A stretch of 64,000 nt of DNA from Bacillota bacterium (GCA_040755975.1 JBFLZY010000001.1:25398-89397), one strand, 5' to 3'. Shown: positions 1 to 9,980, numbered from the stretch's first letter. Notes: a model not told the origin generated them from the letters alone. Made by a program: numbers and translations.

Positions 1-49
1 TTCCGGTCGTATATCCTTTTTTACGATCGGTAAAGATGGGGGTTTACAT

Positions 50-334
50 TTGAGTAAGGCGGCGACGGAAATTCTTAACCCGCCGGAAGGATCAAAGGTA
101 GCTATCGGGATAAACAAGAAATTTATCGCGCTGAAGATAAGCGATGACGGTTTCACGTTTTTCCGGGGCAAGGGCGGCTCAATCAATATATCGGCGCGGG
201 CCTTCGCAAGACTATTGGCGGAGGAGGGCTGGCCGCTGCCCTGCCGGGTTATGCTCACGTGGGATGAAAAGAGCAAAATGCTCGTGGGCAAAAAGCCCGG
301 GGAGGAAGTTACTCAGGCTACCCAGGCGAGTTAA
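50..334 (+). CDS. hypothetical phage protein
   Basis: ORF track; TTG start; packed against next gene; no motif recognised. Confidence 0.35.
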   Translation: MSKAATEILNPPEGSKVAIGINKKFIALKISDDGFTFFRGKGGSINISARAFARLLAEEGWPLPCRVMLTWDEKSKMLVGKKPGEEVTQATQAS

Positions 335-349
335 TCAAAAGGGGAGGCA

Positions 350-727
350 ATGGTCGTGGAGCGGCAACTAAGCCATGAGGAACAGCTAATTGCCGGCATC
401 ATCGCCGAAGCCCGGGGGCGGGCCCGGGCCGTCCAGGTAAAAGAGCTTGCCCGCCGGACGGGCATCGACGAGCGCAGGGTGCGTGAAATTGTCAAACAGC
501 TCATTGAAGACCATTGCCTCCCCATCGGCAGCACCAGCGGCCTGCCCGGCGGTTACTACATGATCACCGACACCAGGGAGTTGCGCCAGGTGCGCCGCTC
601 CCTGGTCCGCCGGGCGGTGTCGATTTTGAACCGGGCCCGGACATACGACAGGGCCGGGTGGGTGAAGGAAATGGCCGGGCAGCTGGCTTTAAAACTGGAG
701 GAGGAAGAAAAAGGAGAGGTAGGATAA
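350..727 (+). CDS. phage protein with winged-helix/HTH-like segment
   Basis: GGGGAGG RBS just upstream of ATG; segment VKELARRTGIDERRVREIVKQL looks HTH-like. Confidence 0.45.
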   Translation: MVVERQLSHEEQLIAGIIAEARGRARAVQVKELARRTGIDERRVREIVKQLIEDHCLPIGSTSGLPGGYYMITDTRELRQVRRSLVRRAVSILNRARTYDRAGWVKEMAGQLALKLEEEEKGEVG

Positions 728-730
728 AAT

Positions 731-1015
731 ATGCGCAATGTATTTGATTCAATAGTTTGTGAGAGGCGCAATCAGGTTCCGTGGGCAAGAATCGACTTTT
801 TGGCCTTTGCAAGAGAAATGGCTTTTGAAGGAGAAGTTGTTTTGAGAATCCGGTACAGGCCGGATGTTGCGACCAGGTTTTGGTACGTCCTTGAGTGGCC
901 GGGAGAAGACGGAAAAACTCACCGGGCGGAGTCCCAGGAATTTCAGCTTTGCCTCTGGAGGGCCGCGCAAATTGAATTGGATGCGCGAGCTAAGAAAGAA
1001 AGTGATAAAAATTAA
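731..1015 (+). CDS. hypothetical phage protein
   Basis: ORF track; RBS-like GAGAGGTAGGA upstream; 3-nt gap from previous gene. Confidence 0.4.
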   Translation: MRNVFDSIVCERRNQVPWARIDFLAFAREMAFEGEVVLRIRYRPDVATRFWYVLEWPGEDGKTHRAESQEFQLCLWRAAQIELDARAKKESDKN

Positions 1016-1271
1016 CTATGAAGATGTTAAAATCATTAAACATCCCTATAAGGCAGAGATTTTGAGAAAAAGGGCCAAAGGGGTTTTATACAAAATCATC
1101 TGCAGCTACGAAGAAAAGCTTAAAGAATGGGCAAAAGAAAGCGGGATACCAGAGAAATGGATCCACAGAAGCAGAAATGGTATGCCACATATTGACTTGT
1201 GGGGAGCCATGGCGAGGAAACTGGAAAGGAGAATTGAGCATGGCCGAACCGGCGACGAAGGCGCAGATTAA
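1002..1271 (+). CDS. hypothetical phage protein (GTG start inside the 864..1271 ORF)
   Basis: First plausible start that avoids a long overlap with 731..1015; weak RBS; overlaps the next gene by 32 nt. Confidence 0.25.
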   Translation: MIKINYEDVKIIKHPYKAEILRKRAKGVLYKIICSYEEKLKEWAKESGIPEKWIHRSRNGMPHIDLWGAMARKLERRIEHGRTGDEGAD

Positions 1272-1641
1272 AAAGATTTGGATTACGGCGAAGCAACTTG
1301 GTATGGACGAAGTTGACCTGCGGGGGCTGGTCGGAAATCTTACCGGCGCGAACAGTGTCCAGGCAATGACTAAAGCCCAAGCAATCAGGTTGATCGATTA
1401 CCTGCTTGACCGGCAGAATAAAGACTACCGCCCGGAGATGGCTTCCCGGCAGCAGATCTGGAAAATAAAGCAGCTGGCGGCCGAACTTGGCTGGCAGGAC
1501 CATCAGCTAAAAGGTTTTCTTCGGAAGTATGCCGGCGTCGAAAGCCTTCGCTGGTTGGACGCCAGGCGGGCGTACAACGCTATTGAAGGCTTAAAAAAGC
1601 TGAAGGAGCGAATTACTCAAAAAAATGCGGCGGAAAAATGA
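1240..1641 (+). CDS. Mu gp16/GemA-like protein (DUF1018-like)
   Basis: ATG at 1240 with AAAGGAG RBS; duplicated motif (KAQIKKIWITAKQLG..., SRQQIWKIKQLAAELGW) typical of the GemA/gp16 family as I recall it. Confidence 0.5.
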   Translation: MAEPATKAQIKKIWITAKQLGMDEVDLRGLVGNLTGANSVQAMTKAQAIRLIDYLLDRQNKDYRPEMASRQQIWKIKQLAAELGWQDHQLKGFLRKYAGVESLRWLDARRAYNAIEGLKKLKERITQKNAAEK

Positions 1642-1702
1642 AAAAGGGATTGCCAAGTATATCAATACCGGTTATAATTTACCCAAGGAAACGAAAGGCG
1701 TT

Positions 1703-1743
1703 GTCGAACGAAATTGACGTTCGGCAGCGCCCTTCGGCTTTTT
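1703..1743 (+). terminator. terminator-like hairpins after the early block
   Basis: 8-bp stem 1703-1710/1718-1725, then GCC-CTTC-GGC followed by TTTTT. Confidence 0.35.
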
Positions 1744-1803
1744 AGGGGTGTCTAAAATCCGTTAGGTTTAAAAACTTAGATATAAGATCAGGAGGGATTT
1801 ACG

Positions 1804-2877
1804 GTGTTTAGACTTGGGCATAATGATTGGCGTCAAGCTATTAACTATATCGAATCCTTGCCGCAGGAAGCGGAGGGCATAAAATTAACCTGTCTGCCCT
1901 CATGGCCTGATGAGCGCGACTACAGATTCGGCGTTTTCGCCGGGATGACCCCCCTGCCCTCTGCCTTCATTCGCAAAAGCGAGATGCCGCCGGTAAGGGA
2001 CCAAGGGCGCTTCGGTACTTGCGTTGGACATGCCGCCTGGGCAGTGAAGTCTTGGCAGGAGATTCAACAGAGGGATCTTCCAGATGGCGGATTATCCCCC
2101 CTTTTCATCTATTCCCGATGCAAAGCAAAAGATGGGCTGGCGGCCGCCGGGACTTATCCCCGTGTAGCTATGGAAGTGCTACGCGAGGAGGGTGTATGCT
2201 CGGAGGCATTGATGCCATATAGTCAACTGACTGGCGACGTGCGGCCACCGCAGCCCTCCACCGAAGCAATGGAGGCTGCGAAAAAGTATCGGGCGGAAGC
2301 TTACGCACGGTTAAATGGAATCCAGGAAATTAAACGGGCTTTAATAGAGCAAGGCCCGGTCCTGGGTGCTCTGCTGGTCTGCGAAAATTTCATATATCCC
2401 GACGGCAGCGAATATATCGACTTGCCGGAAGGGTTTTATAAAGGTGGACACGCCATCACCGTCTGCGGCTATGACGATAACCTTGTGCATTTTTACCGGA
2501 ACGGCGTTGGCAGAACAGGTTTTTTCTTGATCCAAAACAGTTGGGGTGAAAAATGGGGCAACGGGGGTTTCGCCTGGTTGCCTTACGATTTTGTGGTGTA
2601 TCGGTTGGTCGATCCGCCCATGCCGGTGTTTTTTGAGGCATGGTCTTGCGTAGACTTGCCCTTTGAGTTGGGAAGGGCCGGCCGGGTCGTCCTTAAAGAG
2701 GGCGAGAAAGAAGCCTGGATTGACGGCCGAATCGTCACATACGATGCTGCGCCGGAAGTTGTGGAGCCGGGCCGGATGCTGGTGCAGATTCGGCTTATTG
2801 CAGAAGCGATGGGGTTGATCGTCAACCACCAGAAAGAGACCGGGGTTGTGGAGATCATTAACCCCAGCAAGGCATAA
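1804..2877 (+). CDS. papain-family (C1) cysteine peptidase with C-terminal copper-amine-oxidase-N-like (wall-associated) domain; candidate endolysin
   Basis: Catalytic motifs DQGRFGTCVGHA (Q/C), GGHAITVCGYDD (H), IQNSWGEKWGNGGF (N/W); GTG start with CAGGAGGG RBS; located just before holin-like genes. Confidence 0.65.
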   Translation: MFRLGHNDWRQAINYIESLPQEAEGIKLTCLPSWPDERDYRFGVFAGMTPLPSAFIRKSEMPPVRDQGRFGTCVGHAAWAVKSWQEIQQRDLPDGGLSPLFIYSRCKAKDGLAAAGTYPRVAMEVLREEGVCSEALMPYSQLTGDVRPPQPSTEAMEAAKKYRAEAYARLNGIQEIKRALIEQGPVLGALLVCENFIYPDGSEYIDLPEGFYKGGHAITVCGYDDNLVHFYRNGVGRTGFFLIQNSWGEKWGNGGFAWLPYDFVVYRLVDPPMPVFFEAWSCVDLPFELGRAGRVVLKEGEKEAWIDGRIVTYDAAPEVVEPGRMLVQIRLIAEAMGLIVNHQKETGVVEIINPSKA

Positions 2878-2959
2878 ACACGAACCTTGAGGAAAGGGGG
2901 AGGTTCGGGCATGCACGGGCCTCCCCCGCTAAAACATACCAAAAGCGGGGTGTTTAGTT

Positions 2960-3406
2960 ATGTGGGAACAGATTCAGCCGGCGGTGATGGATCTAATTAG
3001 TGGCGTGGCGGTGGCTCTGGTCGGACTTGCTTCAGCTTATGCGATTTTTTACATCAGACAAGCGACAGCGAAAGTGCAAGCTGAGACGGCCCGGATCCAG
3101 GATCAGGCGCAGAAAGAACTCATTTGGCACGCCACGCAGCGCCTGCAAGATGTGGCGGAAAAAATCGTGGCCAAGATCGAGCAGACCGTCGCGGGTGAGC
3201 TACGCCAGGCGGTCAAGGACGGCAAGGTGGACCGGGCGGAATTGCTAGCCCTGGGGAAAAGAGCGTATAACGAAGTTATAGCTACTGTTGAACCGGAGGT
3301 TGTGCAGGTGTTACAGGAAAACCTGGGGGACCTCAAGACTTATTTAGAAAGCACAATTGAGGCCCAGGTTAAAAAGCTGAAAGACGGGGGTAAGGGCGAT
3401 AGATGA
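2960..3406 (+). CDS. holin-like membrane protein (N-terminal TM plus long helical tail; LL-H-holin-like)
   Basis: One N-terminal hydrophobic helix (VAVALVGLASAYAIFYI), then a charged coiled region; position follows the putative lysin. Confidence 0.4.
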   Translation: MWEQIQPAVMDLISGVAVALVGLASAYAIFYIRQATAKVQAETARIQDQAQKELIWHATQRLQDVAEKIVAKIEQTVAGELRQAVKDGKVDRAELLALGKRAYNEVIATVEPEVVQVLQENLGDLKTYLESTIEAQVKKLKDGGKGDR

Positions 3407-3747
3407 GCGAAGCGGTGCAGGCCCTCCCTCCGGCAATGCTTCTCCCCGCTCTATTGATTGTCACCAGCTTGCTGGGAACGGCAACGTTGATCATTGGTTA
3501 TTTTCTGAAAGACTGGAAGGCGGCGCAGAAAGAAAAGGACGCCGCCCAGGACCAGGCGATCGAAGGTGTCAGAAAAGATATCGCGGATTTTAAGGCGGCC
3601 CTTCCCCACCACTACGTTTTGCGCGACGATTTTATCCGGGCGGTGGCCGGCCTTGATTTAAAGATGGACCGGATGGCCAGGGAGGTCAGCGAGATCAACA
3701 AAAGCCTGGCCCGGTTGCTGGGAGGGATAAGCGATGTTCACCAATGA
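3403..3747 (+). CDS. membrane-anchored coiled-coil protein (lysis accessory/holin partner?)
   Basis: N-terminal TM (LLPALLIVTSLLGTATLIIGYFL); ATGA overlap with the previous gene. Confidence 0.4.
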   Translation: MSEAVQALPPAMLLPALLIVTSLLGTATLIIGYFLKDWKAAQKEKDAAQDQAIEGVRKDIADFKAALPHHYVLRDDFIRAVAGLDLKMDRMAREVSEINKSLARLLGGISDVHQ

Positions 3748-4042
3748 GGCGCGCGAGCTGCGCGGGTTTATCCTGACTATGTGCCGGCACAATTACCCCC
3801 ATGGCTGTAGCGACAGATTGATCGCGGTCACTCTGGGTGAAAACCAGTTTTCTTCCTCCCCTGCCCTTTTGCGGGCGCACTTAGAGTACCTGGAGGAAAA
3901 AGGTTACGTCCGGCTTGAGGAAATCCGCGACGGCCACTTAGGGGTAAGCCGCGTGCTGGTCTATATAACCGCTAAGGGGATCGATTTGCTGGAGGGAAGT
4001 ATCCCGCCCGATCCCGGCATTTTGGTCCTGGCGCGGGAGTGA
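3734..4042 (+). CDS. small winged-helix protein
   Basis: LEYLEEKGYVRLEE... wHTH-like wing; overlaps both neighbours. Confidence 0.35.
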   Translation: MFTNEARELRGFILTMCRHNYPHGCSDRLIAVTLGENQFSSSPALLRAHLEYLEEKGYVRLEEIRDGHLGVSRVLVYITAKGIDLLEGSIPPDPGILVLARE

Positions 4043-4596
4043 GGGCAATGACCAGGCGCAAACACCATAAGGTGGCCACGTTGCCGGCTGAAGTTGTGGA
4101 AGCGGTCAACGAAATGTTGGTCAGGGGGCATACCTACGAGGAGATTGCCGACTGGCTGCATCAGATGGGCACCCCGGTCAGTCGGTCGGCCGTGGGGCGC
4201 TACGGGAAGGACTTTTTGGCCCGATTGGAGCGCGTGAAACTGGCCCGGGACCAGGCCAAAGCGATTGTGGAAAGCAACGCCGGTGAGCCGGGAACCCAAT
4301 TGGCAGAAGCAACCACGGAGCTGGCCATGAGCATGGTCATGGAAACGCTGGTCAGCTTGGACGAGAAAGACGGCAAAAAAGTGGTCGAACTTTTGAAGGT
4401 GATCCCCCGGCTGGCTGATTCGGCCACCCGTAGAGAATCGTTAAAATTCCAGTTTAATAGAGGCGTCGATGCCGCAGTGAATAGATTTAAAGAGCAGTTG
4501 CGCAAAGAGATCGGCAGCAACCACCCGGAGCTGGAAAAACAAATTTTCGCTATTCTTGACCAGGTGGCGGACCAAACCAAACAAGCCAAAGTGTAG
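4039..4596 (+). CDS. terminase small subunit-like protein (DUF3486/Mu gp27-like)
   Basis: N-terminal HTH (LPAEVVEAVNEMLVRGHTYEEIADWL), immediately precedes terminase large subunit. Confidence 0.55.
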   Translation: MRAMTRRKHHKVATLPAEVVEAVNEMLVRGHTYEEIADWLHQMGTPVSRSAVGRYGKDFLARLERVKLARDQAKAIVESNAGEPGTQLAEATTELAMSMVMETLVSLDEKDGKKVVELLKVIPRLADSATRRESLKFQFNRGVDAAVNRFKEQLRKEIGSNHPELEKQIFAILDQVADQTKQAKV

Positions 4597-6243
4597 GTGC
4601 TGGCGATGCTTTTAAAGGAACTGGTGGGTGAAAGGCAGACCGGGCTGGACTTTGCCGAATGGATGCGCAGAAACGTGCGCCTGGACGACGGCCGTCCCTG
4701 GGACATCAACAACCGCCGGGCGCTGGTGGAGATCGTCAGCAACCGGCACCATCGGCAAATGACCATTTTAAAGGGCGCTCAGACCGGCTTCTCCACGTTG
4801 TTCCTGGGGTTTGCCATGTACCTGCTGGACCAGATGCGGCGCAACGTGATTTACTTTTTGCCCACGCAGAAGATGTCCGACCGGTTTTCCACCACCCGCA
4901 TGGACAGCTTCGTGAACCGCAGCGAATACCTGCGCAGCCGGCTCAAGGGTACTGACCAGACGGGGTTAAAAGAGATCGACACCCATTTTCTGTATTTCAT
5001 CGGCTTGCAAAGCGTGCTGGGGGCGATCAGCATCCCCAGCGACTGCAACCTTTACGACGAGGTAGACCTGATTGACCAGGAGAATTTAGATTGGTCCTTG
5101 GACCGCATCGCCGCCTCCGATCTGGCGCTGTTACGTTTTTTCTCAGTAGGGATGTTCCCGGGAATCGGGATCGACGAGCGCTACCAGGACGGCGACCAGC
5201 GCAAGTGGCACGTGAGATGTGAAGGATGCCGCCACGAACAGGTGGTGGAAGATGAGTTCCCCGACAACTTTGTCCGCAAGGACGGAGAAATCATGCTGGT
5301 TTGCGTCCTGTGCGGCCGCCGCCTGGACGTGAACCAGGGGTGCTGGGTGCCGGATTTCCCGGACCGGTCCGCCGACCATATCAGCTACCGGGTACCTCAG
5401 CTGATCATGCCCGGGCTAAATCTGGCGTTCATCTGGGACCGCTGGCAGAAGGCCCAGAGCAAGCCCAGCAAGCTGGCCAAGTTCCGCTGCTCGGTGCTGG
5501 CCAAGCCCGACGGGGGCGACATGCAGCCGATCACCGACGAGGTTTTAAAGAGGGTTGAGCATGCTGCCGGCTACTACTTCTGCGATTACTGGCGCGATAC
5601 CGTCACCGGCATCGGGATCGACATGGGGGACCGGGCGCACGTCGCCGTCGTGGCCCCCCTGGACTGGGAGGGAATCCGCTGCCTGTACTTCGAGGAACTG
5701 GACGTTGAGGACCTAGTGGAACGGGTAAAGGTCCTAGAGAAAGAGTTTAGCGCCGGCGCGCTGGTGATCGACGCCCTGCCGGAGAAAACTACCAGCAAGC
5801 AGGTGGTGCGCAGTCTGGAAAAGGCCGCCGGGTACATTCAATACTTCAAAGGCACGGACGTTCAGGAAAAAGAGGAAGGCGAGGGCGACCGGGCGGTCAG
5901 GGTGGTGACCGTGGACCGCGACGAATCCCTTGATGAAACAACCGACCTTTTTGCCGCCTCCCCACCCCTGGCGCTTTTGCCCAAACCCCGGACGGTGGAT
6001 GAGGAGAAGACCCTGGAGACGGTGAAGAAGCACCTCAAAAGGCTGGTCAAGGAAAAGGACAAGGAAGGCGAGGACGCGACTATCCACTACAAGAAAAATG
6101 TGCCCAACCACTACGGCATGGCGATCAACTCGGCGCGGATTGCCTTATGGTTGGCCGCCGGCAAAGGAAGTAAAGGGCGCAGGTCCGGCCTTACCGGCGG
6201 GCGGGTTGTAGGGCGCAGTATAACGGAGGAATTGCGTTGGTAA
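4597..6243 (+). CDS. terminase large subunit (GpA-like)
   Basis: Walker-A-like ILKGAQTGFST, DEVD acidic motif, Cys4 zinc ribbon (CEGCRH...CVLCG); size and position fit. Confidence 0.7.
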   Translation: MLAMLLKELVGERQTGLDFAEWMRRNVRLDDGRPWDINNRRALVEIVSNRHHRQMTILKGAQTGFSTLFLGFAMYLLDQMRRNVIYFLPTQKMSDRFSTTRMDSFVNRSEYLRSRLKGTDQTGLKEIDTHFLYFIGLQSVLGAISIPSDCNLYDEVDLIDQENLDWSLDRIAASDLALLRFFSVGMFPGIGIDERYQDGDQRKWHVRCEGCRHEQVVEDEFPDNFVRKDGEIMLVCVLCGRRLDVNQGCWVPDFPDRSADHISYRVPQLIMPGLNLAFIWDRWQKAQSKPSKLAKFRCSVLAKPDGGDMQPITDEVLKRVEHAAGYYFCDYWRDTVTGIGIDMGDRAHVAVVAPLDWEGIRCLYFEELDVEDLVERVKVLEKEFSAGALVIDALPEKTTSKQVVRSLEKAAGYIQYFKGTDVQEKEEGEGDRAVRVVTVDRDESLDETTDLFAASPPLALLPKPRTVDEEKTLETVKKHLKRLVKEKDKEGEDATIHYKKNVPNHYGMAINSARIALWLAAGKGSKGRRSGLTGGRVVGRSITEELRW

Positions 6244-6255
6244 GGCGGTGAAAAA

Positions 6256-7536
6256 GTGGCGGAATACAGGCCCCAGGTCGGCCAGATCGGCAGTCAGCTT
6301 TCGGTAACGTTTAATCTCTTTGACGGCGCGGTGCTCAACCCCGACGCCGCCCTGGTATACGAATTTGAGCGCATGCTGGATACCGACGAAACAGTCTCCG
6401 CGGCGTTCTATTTCTTGACCATGTGCGTGATCAGCCACCTGGGGGAATACGACCACAGCGATAAAAACATCGCGGAGTTCGTCCGGGAATGCTTCGAAAA
6501 AATAGACGGAAGCCTGGTCCTGGCCTGCGAGGACATTCTATCCGCACTTTGGGCCGGGTACTCGGTGACAGAGATTGTCTACCGGCCGGAGGGCCAGCGC
6601 CTGATTATAGATTACCTGGCCACCTACCACCCTTCTACAATAACTTTTGTCATTGATCAGCGCGGGAGATTGAAGGAAGTTAAGCAGATAAATACTTATC
6701 ATCCCCTGGGGGTTATGCTCCCGTCTGAAAAATGCATTATTTTTTCTTACCGTAAGAGATTTAATGACTATTACGGAAAGAGCGCTTTTAAGCCCGTGCG
6801 TAAAAACTGGCTGCTCAAAGATACCTTTTTGAAGATGTGGGCAAGCGCCCTTGACAAGTTTGGTACCCCCCTGGTGGTGGCAATTGTTCCCGAGGGAAAT
6901 ATTACCGATCCCGAGACTAAACAAGAAATTAGCCAGTTGGAGTATACAACAAAACTTTTAGCCAACTTGCAGCACGGGACAGCGCTGGCGCTTTCAGCCA
7001 GCGACGCCGGCATTGGGAAGCAGTCCCAGCTCCCTGATATCAAGGCGCTGTCCACCGGCGGAGTTGGCGCTGGCGGAGCTTTTAACTCAGCGATCGGCTA
7101 TTTTAACAAGATGATTTGCAGGGGATTGCTTATTCCTTCCCTGCTCTTCGATGAGGGAGCCAGATCCGGGAGTCTTGCCCTCGGTACATCGCACTTTTAT
7201 AGCTTTTTGCTTATGGTCAAGGCAATTTACAACCAGCTCAAGGAGGTGTTGCTCGATCAGCTGATTGCCCGGCTGATTGATTATAATTTCGGTCCGCAAG
7301 ACGACTATGGGGATTTTACAGAAAAACCACCATCGCCGGAGGAGCTCGAAACATGGTCGAAAATCTTTGATAGCCTGGTCAACAGCGGGATCATGGACAC
7401 CACAGAGGAAACGGATCTCAATTTTGCGCGCAAGAAAATCGGTTTGCCGCCCCGACCCCTTTTAAAGAGCAGCTTGCAACAGCAAGCTGAAATGGCGGTG
7501 GCGCAATACGACCGGTACCTAAGGGCGGGGGCTTGA
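6256..7536 (+). CDS. portal protein (DUF935/Mu gp29-like)
   Basis: 426 aa, lies between terminase and the Mu-F-like gene; family assigned from position and general resemblance. Confidence 0.65.
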   Translation: MAEYRPQVGQIGSQLSVTFNLFDGAVLNPDAALVYEFERMLDTDETVSAAFYFLTMCVISHLGEYDHSDKNIAEFVRECFEKIDGSLVLACEDILSALWAGYSVTEIVYRPEGQRLIIDYLATYHPSTITFVIDQRGRLKEVKQINTYHPLGVMLPSEKCIIFSYRKRFNDYYGKSAFKPVRKNWLLKDTFLKMWASALDKFGTPLVVAIVPEGNITDPETKQEISQLEYTTKLLANLQHGTALALSASDAGIGKQSQLPDIKALSTGGVGAGGAFNSAIGYFNKMICRGLLIPSLLFDEGARSGSLALGTSHFYSFLLMVKAIYNQLKEVLLDQLIARLIDYNFGPQDDYGDFTEKPPSPEELETWSKIFDSLVNSGIMDTTEETDLNFARKKIGLPPRPLLKSSLQQQAEMAVAQYDRYLRAGA

Positions 7537-8375
7537 TGGAAATGGAGCAGGCGCTATTTAGGCAGCTCGACGAGGCTGAAACAAAAACTCTGGTTGAATA
7601 TGAAAAGTGGCTTAGCGGCTACCTTGCATCAATCCCCTGGGGGCAGCTTGAACGTGAACGCAAAAAAGGCAAATTAGAACTTGGTCAACTCGATAAAATT
7701 TTGCCCCGCCCGGACGAAACTGCCCTGGTAAAAGTTTTTAGTAAACACGGCAGCGAAATGGTAGTGGCGGGTAAAGCACACGGCGACATGCTAATTGCGG
7801 ACATACACAAGAAATACGGCAAGAAGAGCCTGACCGGTTACCCCGGGTTTGATTTTGACTATCAGCAGGACCCCCGGGTCATTCCACTTCTGGCCATTGA
7901 GGCGATGGAAAAAAGGGCGTTGGTACTGGCCGGCAACGTAAGTGCCGATATTGCGGCAGAGGTAAAGAAAATTATCATCGGCTTCATGGTGGAAGCGACC
8001 AGGGAAGAAGCGGAAAGCCAGGTTGCGGAATTGCTGCGGACTAACCGGGACCGGGGCAGCTTAATCGTCACCACGGAGACAACCTACGCATACAACCGGG
8101 GGCGCCTGGCCAGCTTCGCGGAAAACCGGGTCGACTACGTGCAGTTTTCGGCGGTGATGGACGCCAGGACCAGCCCGCAGTGCCGCAGCCGGCACGGACT
8201 GGTCATGGCGATGAACGACCCGAGGCTGTCGGGAAATACCCCGCCCCTGCACGGGCGCTGCCGGTCGGTGCTCGTGCCGGTCTACGGCGCGTACCAGCCA
8301 GAGCTGATTACGCCGGAACGGTTGAATTGGGATGAAGTCGCCCCGCTGCCCAAGGGGTGGCGGACGGCGGCTTAA
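7533..8375 (+). CDS. Mu F-like minor head (head morphogenesis) protein
   Basis: C-terminal motif FSAVMDARTSPQCRSRHG typical of the Phage_Mu_F domain; ATGA overlap with portal. Confidence 0.7.
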   Translation: MMEMEQALFRQLDEAETKTLVEYEKWLSGYLASIPWGQLERERKKGKLELGQLDKILPRPDETALVKVFSKHGSEMVVAGKAHGDMLIADIHKKYGKKSLTGYPGFDFDYQQDPRVIPLLAIEAMEKRALVLAGNVSADIAAEVKKIIIGFMVEATREEAESQVAELLRTNRDRGSLIVTTETTYAYNRGRLASFAENRVDYVQFSAVMDARTSPQCRSRHGLVMAMNDPRLSGNTPPLHGRCRSVLVPVYGAYQPELITPERLNWDEVAPLPKGWRTAA

Positions 8376-8397
8376 AATAACGGAGGGAGGTATTCAA

Positions 8398-8628
8398 ATG
8401 ATTGATTATGCAGAGACCCAGGTTGGGGATATTCTTCGCATTGTCGGCGCGGGCGCTCCTGGGTATGCCAAGAACGGCGACTTGGTCAGGGTGCTGGAGG
8501 TTCATAAGAACAGCGTTATAGTTGAAAACCGGGATGGGCTGACCTGTGAGTTTATCTTTAATTGCGGCGCCGCCCGGCTAGAGCCGACCGAGTGGAAAAA
8601 TGATTTTCCGCCTGAGGATGCCTCTTAA
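8398..8628 (+). CDS. hypothetical phage protein
   Basis: ATG at 8398 with GGAGGGAGG RBS, inside the 8332..8628 ORF. Confidence 0.4.
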   Translation: MIDYAETQVGDILRIVGAGAPGYAKNGDLVRVLEVHKNSVIVENRDGLTCEFIFNCGAARLEPTEWKNDFPPEDAS

Positions 8629-8654
8629 AACTCCCGCGAAAAGAGGGTGAAAGT

Positions 8655-9950
8655 ATGGAGTGGACAACCGCATACATTAACGAACTGCCGGACGAATGTT
8701 TTGCATATATCGAGCCAGGCGGCAAGAAAGACGAGGAAGGCAAGACAGTTCCCCGCTCCTTAAGACACTTGCCCTACAAAGATAAAAACGGCAAGATCGA
8801 TCTCCCGCATTTGCGCAATGCCCTGGCCCGGCTGCCGCAGACGGACATCCCCCTGGAGGGCAAGCGGGAGGCTTTGAAGAATCTGATTGCCGCAGCAAAA
8901 GAAGTGGGCATTGAAGTGGATGAGGAGCGCTACCAGAAGGAATACCGCCTGGCCGAGGGGCGGCTGAAGATACCCTTTTTCCGCCTGGGAAAGTGGCGCC
9001 ACCCGCGTTATGGCCTTGTGGAAGGAACCCAACAGATGTTTGATCAAATAAAAGCGAACTTCAAAAGGCGGGTATTGGGTCGCGATCCCTTCGTGAGGAT
9101 TGGTCATGAGCGCGATGATGCAACGGTTTACGCCGCGGGCGAGGCAAAAGGATGGGTTAAAGACATTGTCCAGGAAGGAGATGTACTGTACGCAATAGCC
9201 GAGCCGACAGATGAACAGATTGCCGAGGCAATCAAAAACAAAAGGTATCGATACGCCAGCGCTGAAATCGAACCCAATTATTTGGATAAAGAAACTGGCT
9301 TACGGGTCGGGGCAGTGCTTTCGGCGGTGGCGCTCACCAACGAACCATTTTTGACCAGGCTGCCAGACGCAATGGCCCTGGCCGACAAAATACATCTTGA
9401 TTACGAGGAGGTCGATGAGGTGAAACCCGAGGAACTGCTGAAGGAAAACAACAACCTGCTGAAATCCTTAATCGCCAAGCTTTCCGACTTTTTCGGGAAG
9501 AAGACCGAACAGGGAGCGGACCAGCCGGAAGAGATCAAGAAGCTTTTGGCGGAAGTTCAACAACTTAAGACCCAGGTCGGTGAATCCCAGAAGAAGCAGA
9601 GCAAGCTGGAGGTTGACAACTTCACCAAAGATATCGAAATGAAACTGGCTGGTCTCGTGGCCCAGGGTGTCCCGCCCGTGCTCTGCGAAAAAGCCAAGGC
9701 GATCATTTTGGCGGACCCGCAGAAAAGCATGGGTACAGTTAAGCTTGCGGACAACAAGGAAGCTTCCTTCGCCGAGATGATCCTGGACCTGTTGGGGGCC
9801 CTCCCCGCGGAGAACAGGGTGAAGATGGCCCAGCTGGGAAGCCAGGCGAAGCCTGCAGCGGGGAGCGAGGAGGAATTGAGGAAACTCGCAGAGGAAGACG
9901 TGAAAGCTCTCGGCGGTAAAGTAACCGCGGACGGCAAGTACGTATTTTAA
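8655..9950 (+). CDS. head protease/scaffold protein (Mu I-like)
   Basis: Segment IPFFRLGKWRHPRYG...MFDQIKANF resembles Mu-like prophage I protein; helical, charged C-terminal scaffold-like half. Confidence 0.55.
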   Translation: MEWTTAYINELPDECFAYIEPGGKKDEEGKTVPRSLRHLPYKDKNGKIDLPHLRNALARLPQTDIPLEGKREALKNLIAAAKEVGIEVDEERYQKEYRLAEGRLKIPFFRLGKWRHPRYGLVEGTQQMFDQIKANFKRRVLGRDPFVRIGHERDDATVYAAGEAKGWVKDIVQEGDVLYAIAEPTDEQIAEAIKNKRYRYASAEIEPNYLDKETGLRVGAVLSAVALTNEPFLTRLPDAMALADKIHLDYEEVDEVKPEELLKENNNLLKSLIAKLSDFFGKKTEQGADQPEEIKKLLAEVQQLKTQVGESQKKQSKLEVDNFTKDIEMKLAGLVAQGVPPVLCEKAKAIILADPQKSMGTVKLADNKEASFAEMILDLLGALPAENRVKMAQLGSQAKPAAGSEEELRKLAEEDVKALGGKVTADGKYVF

Positions 9951-9980
9951 CCAATTATTTCAGAGAGGAGCTGAAGAAGC

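Noticed and set aside
864-1271. 135-aa ORF overlapping 731..1015
   Set aside because: The 5' half overlaps the better-supported gene 731..1015 in another frame. Only the 3' part from GTG 1002 is kept, and only as a low-confidence CDS.
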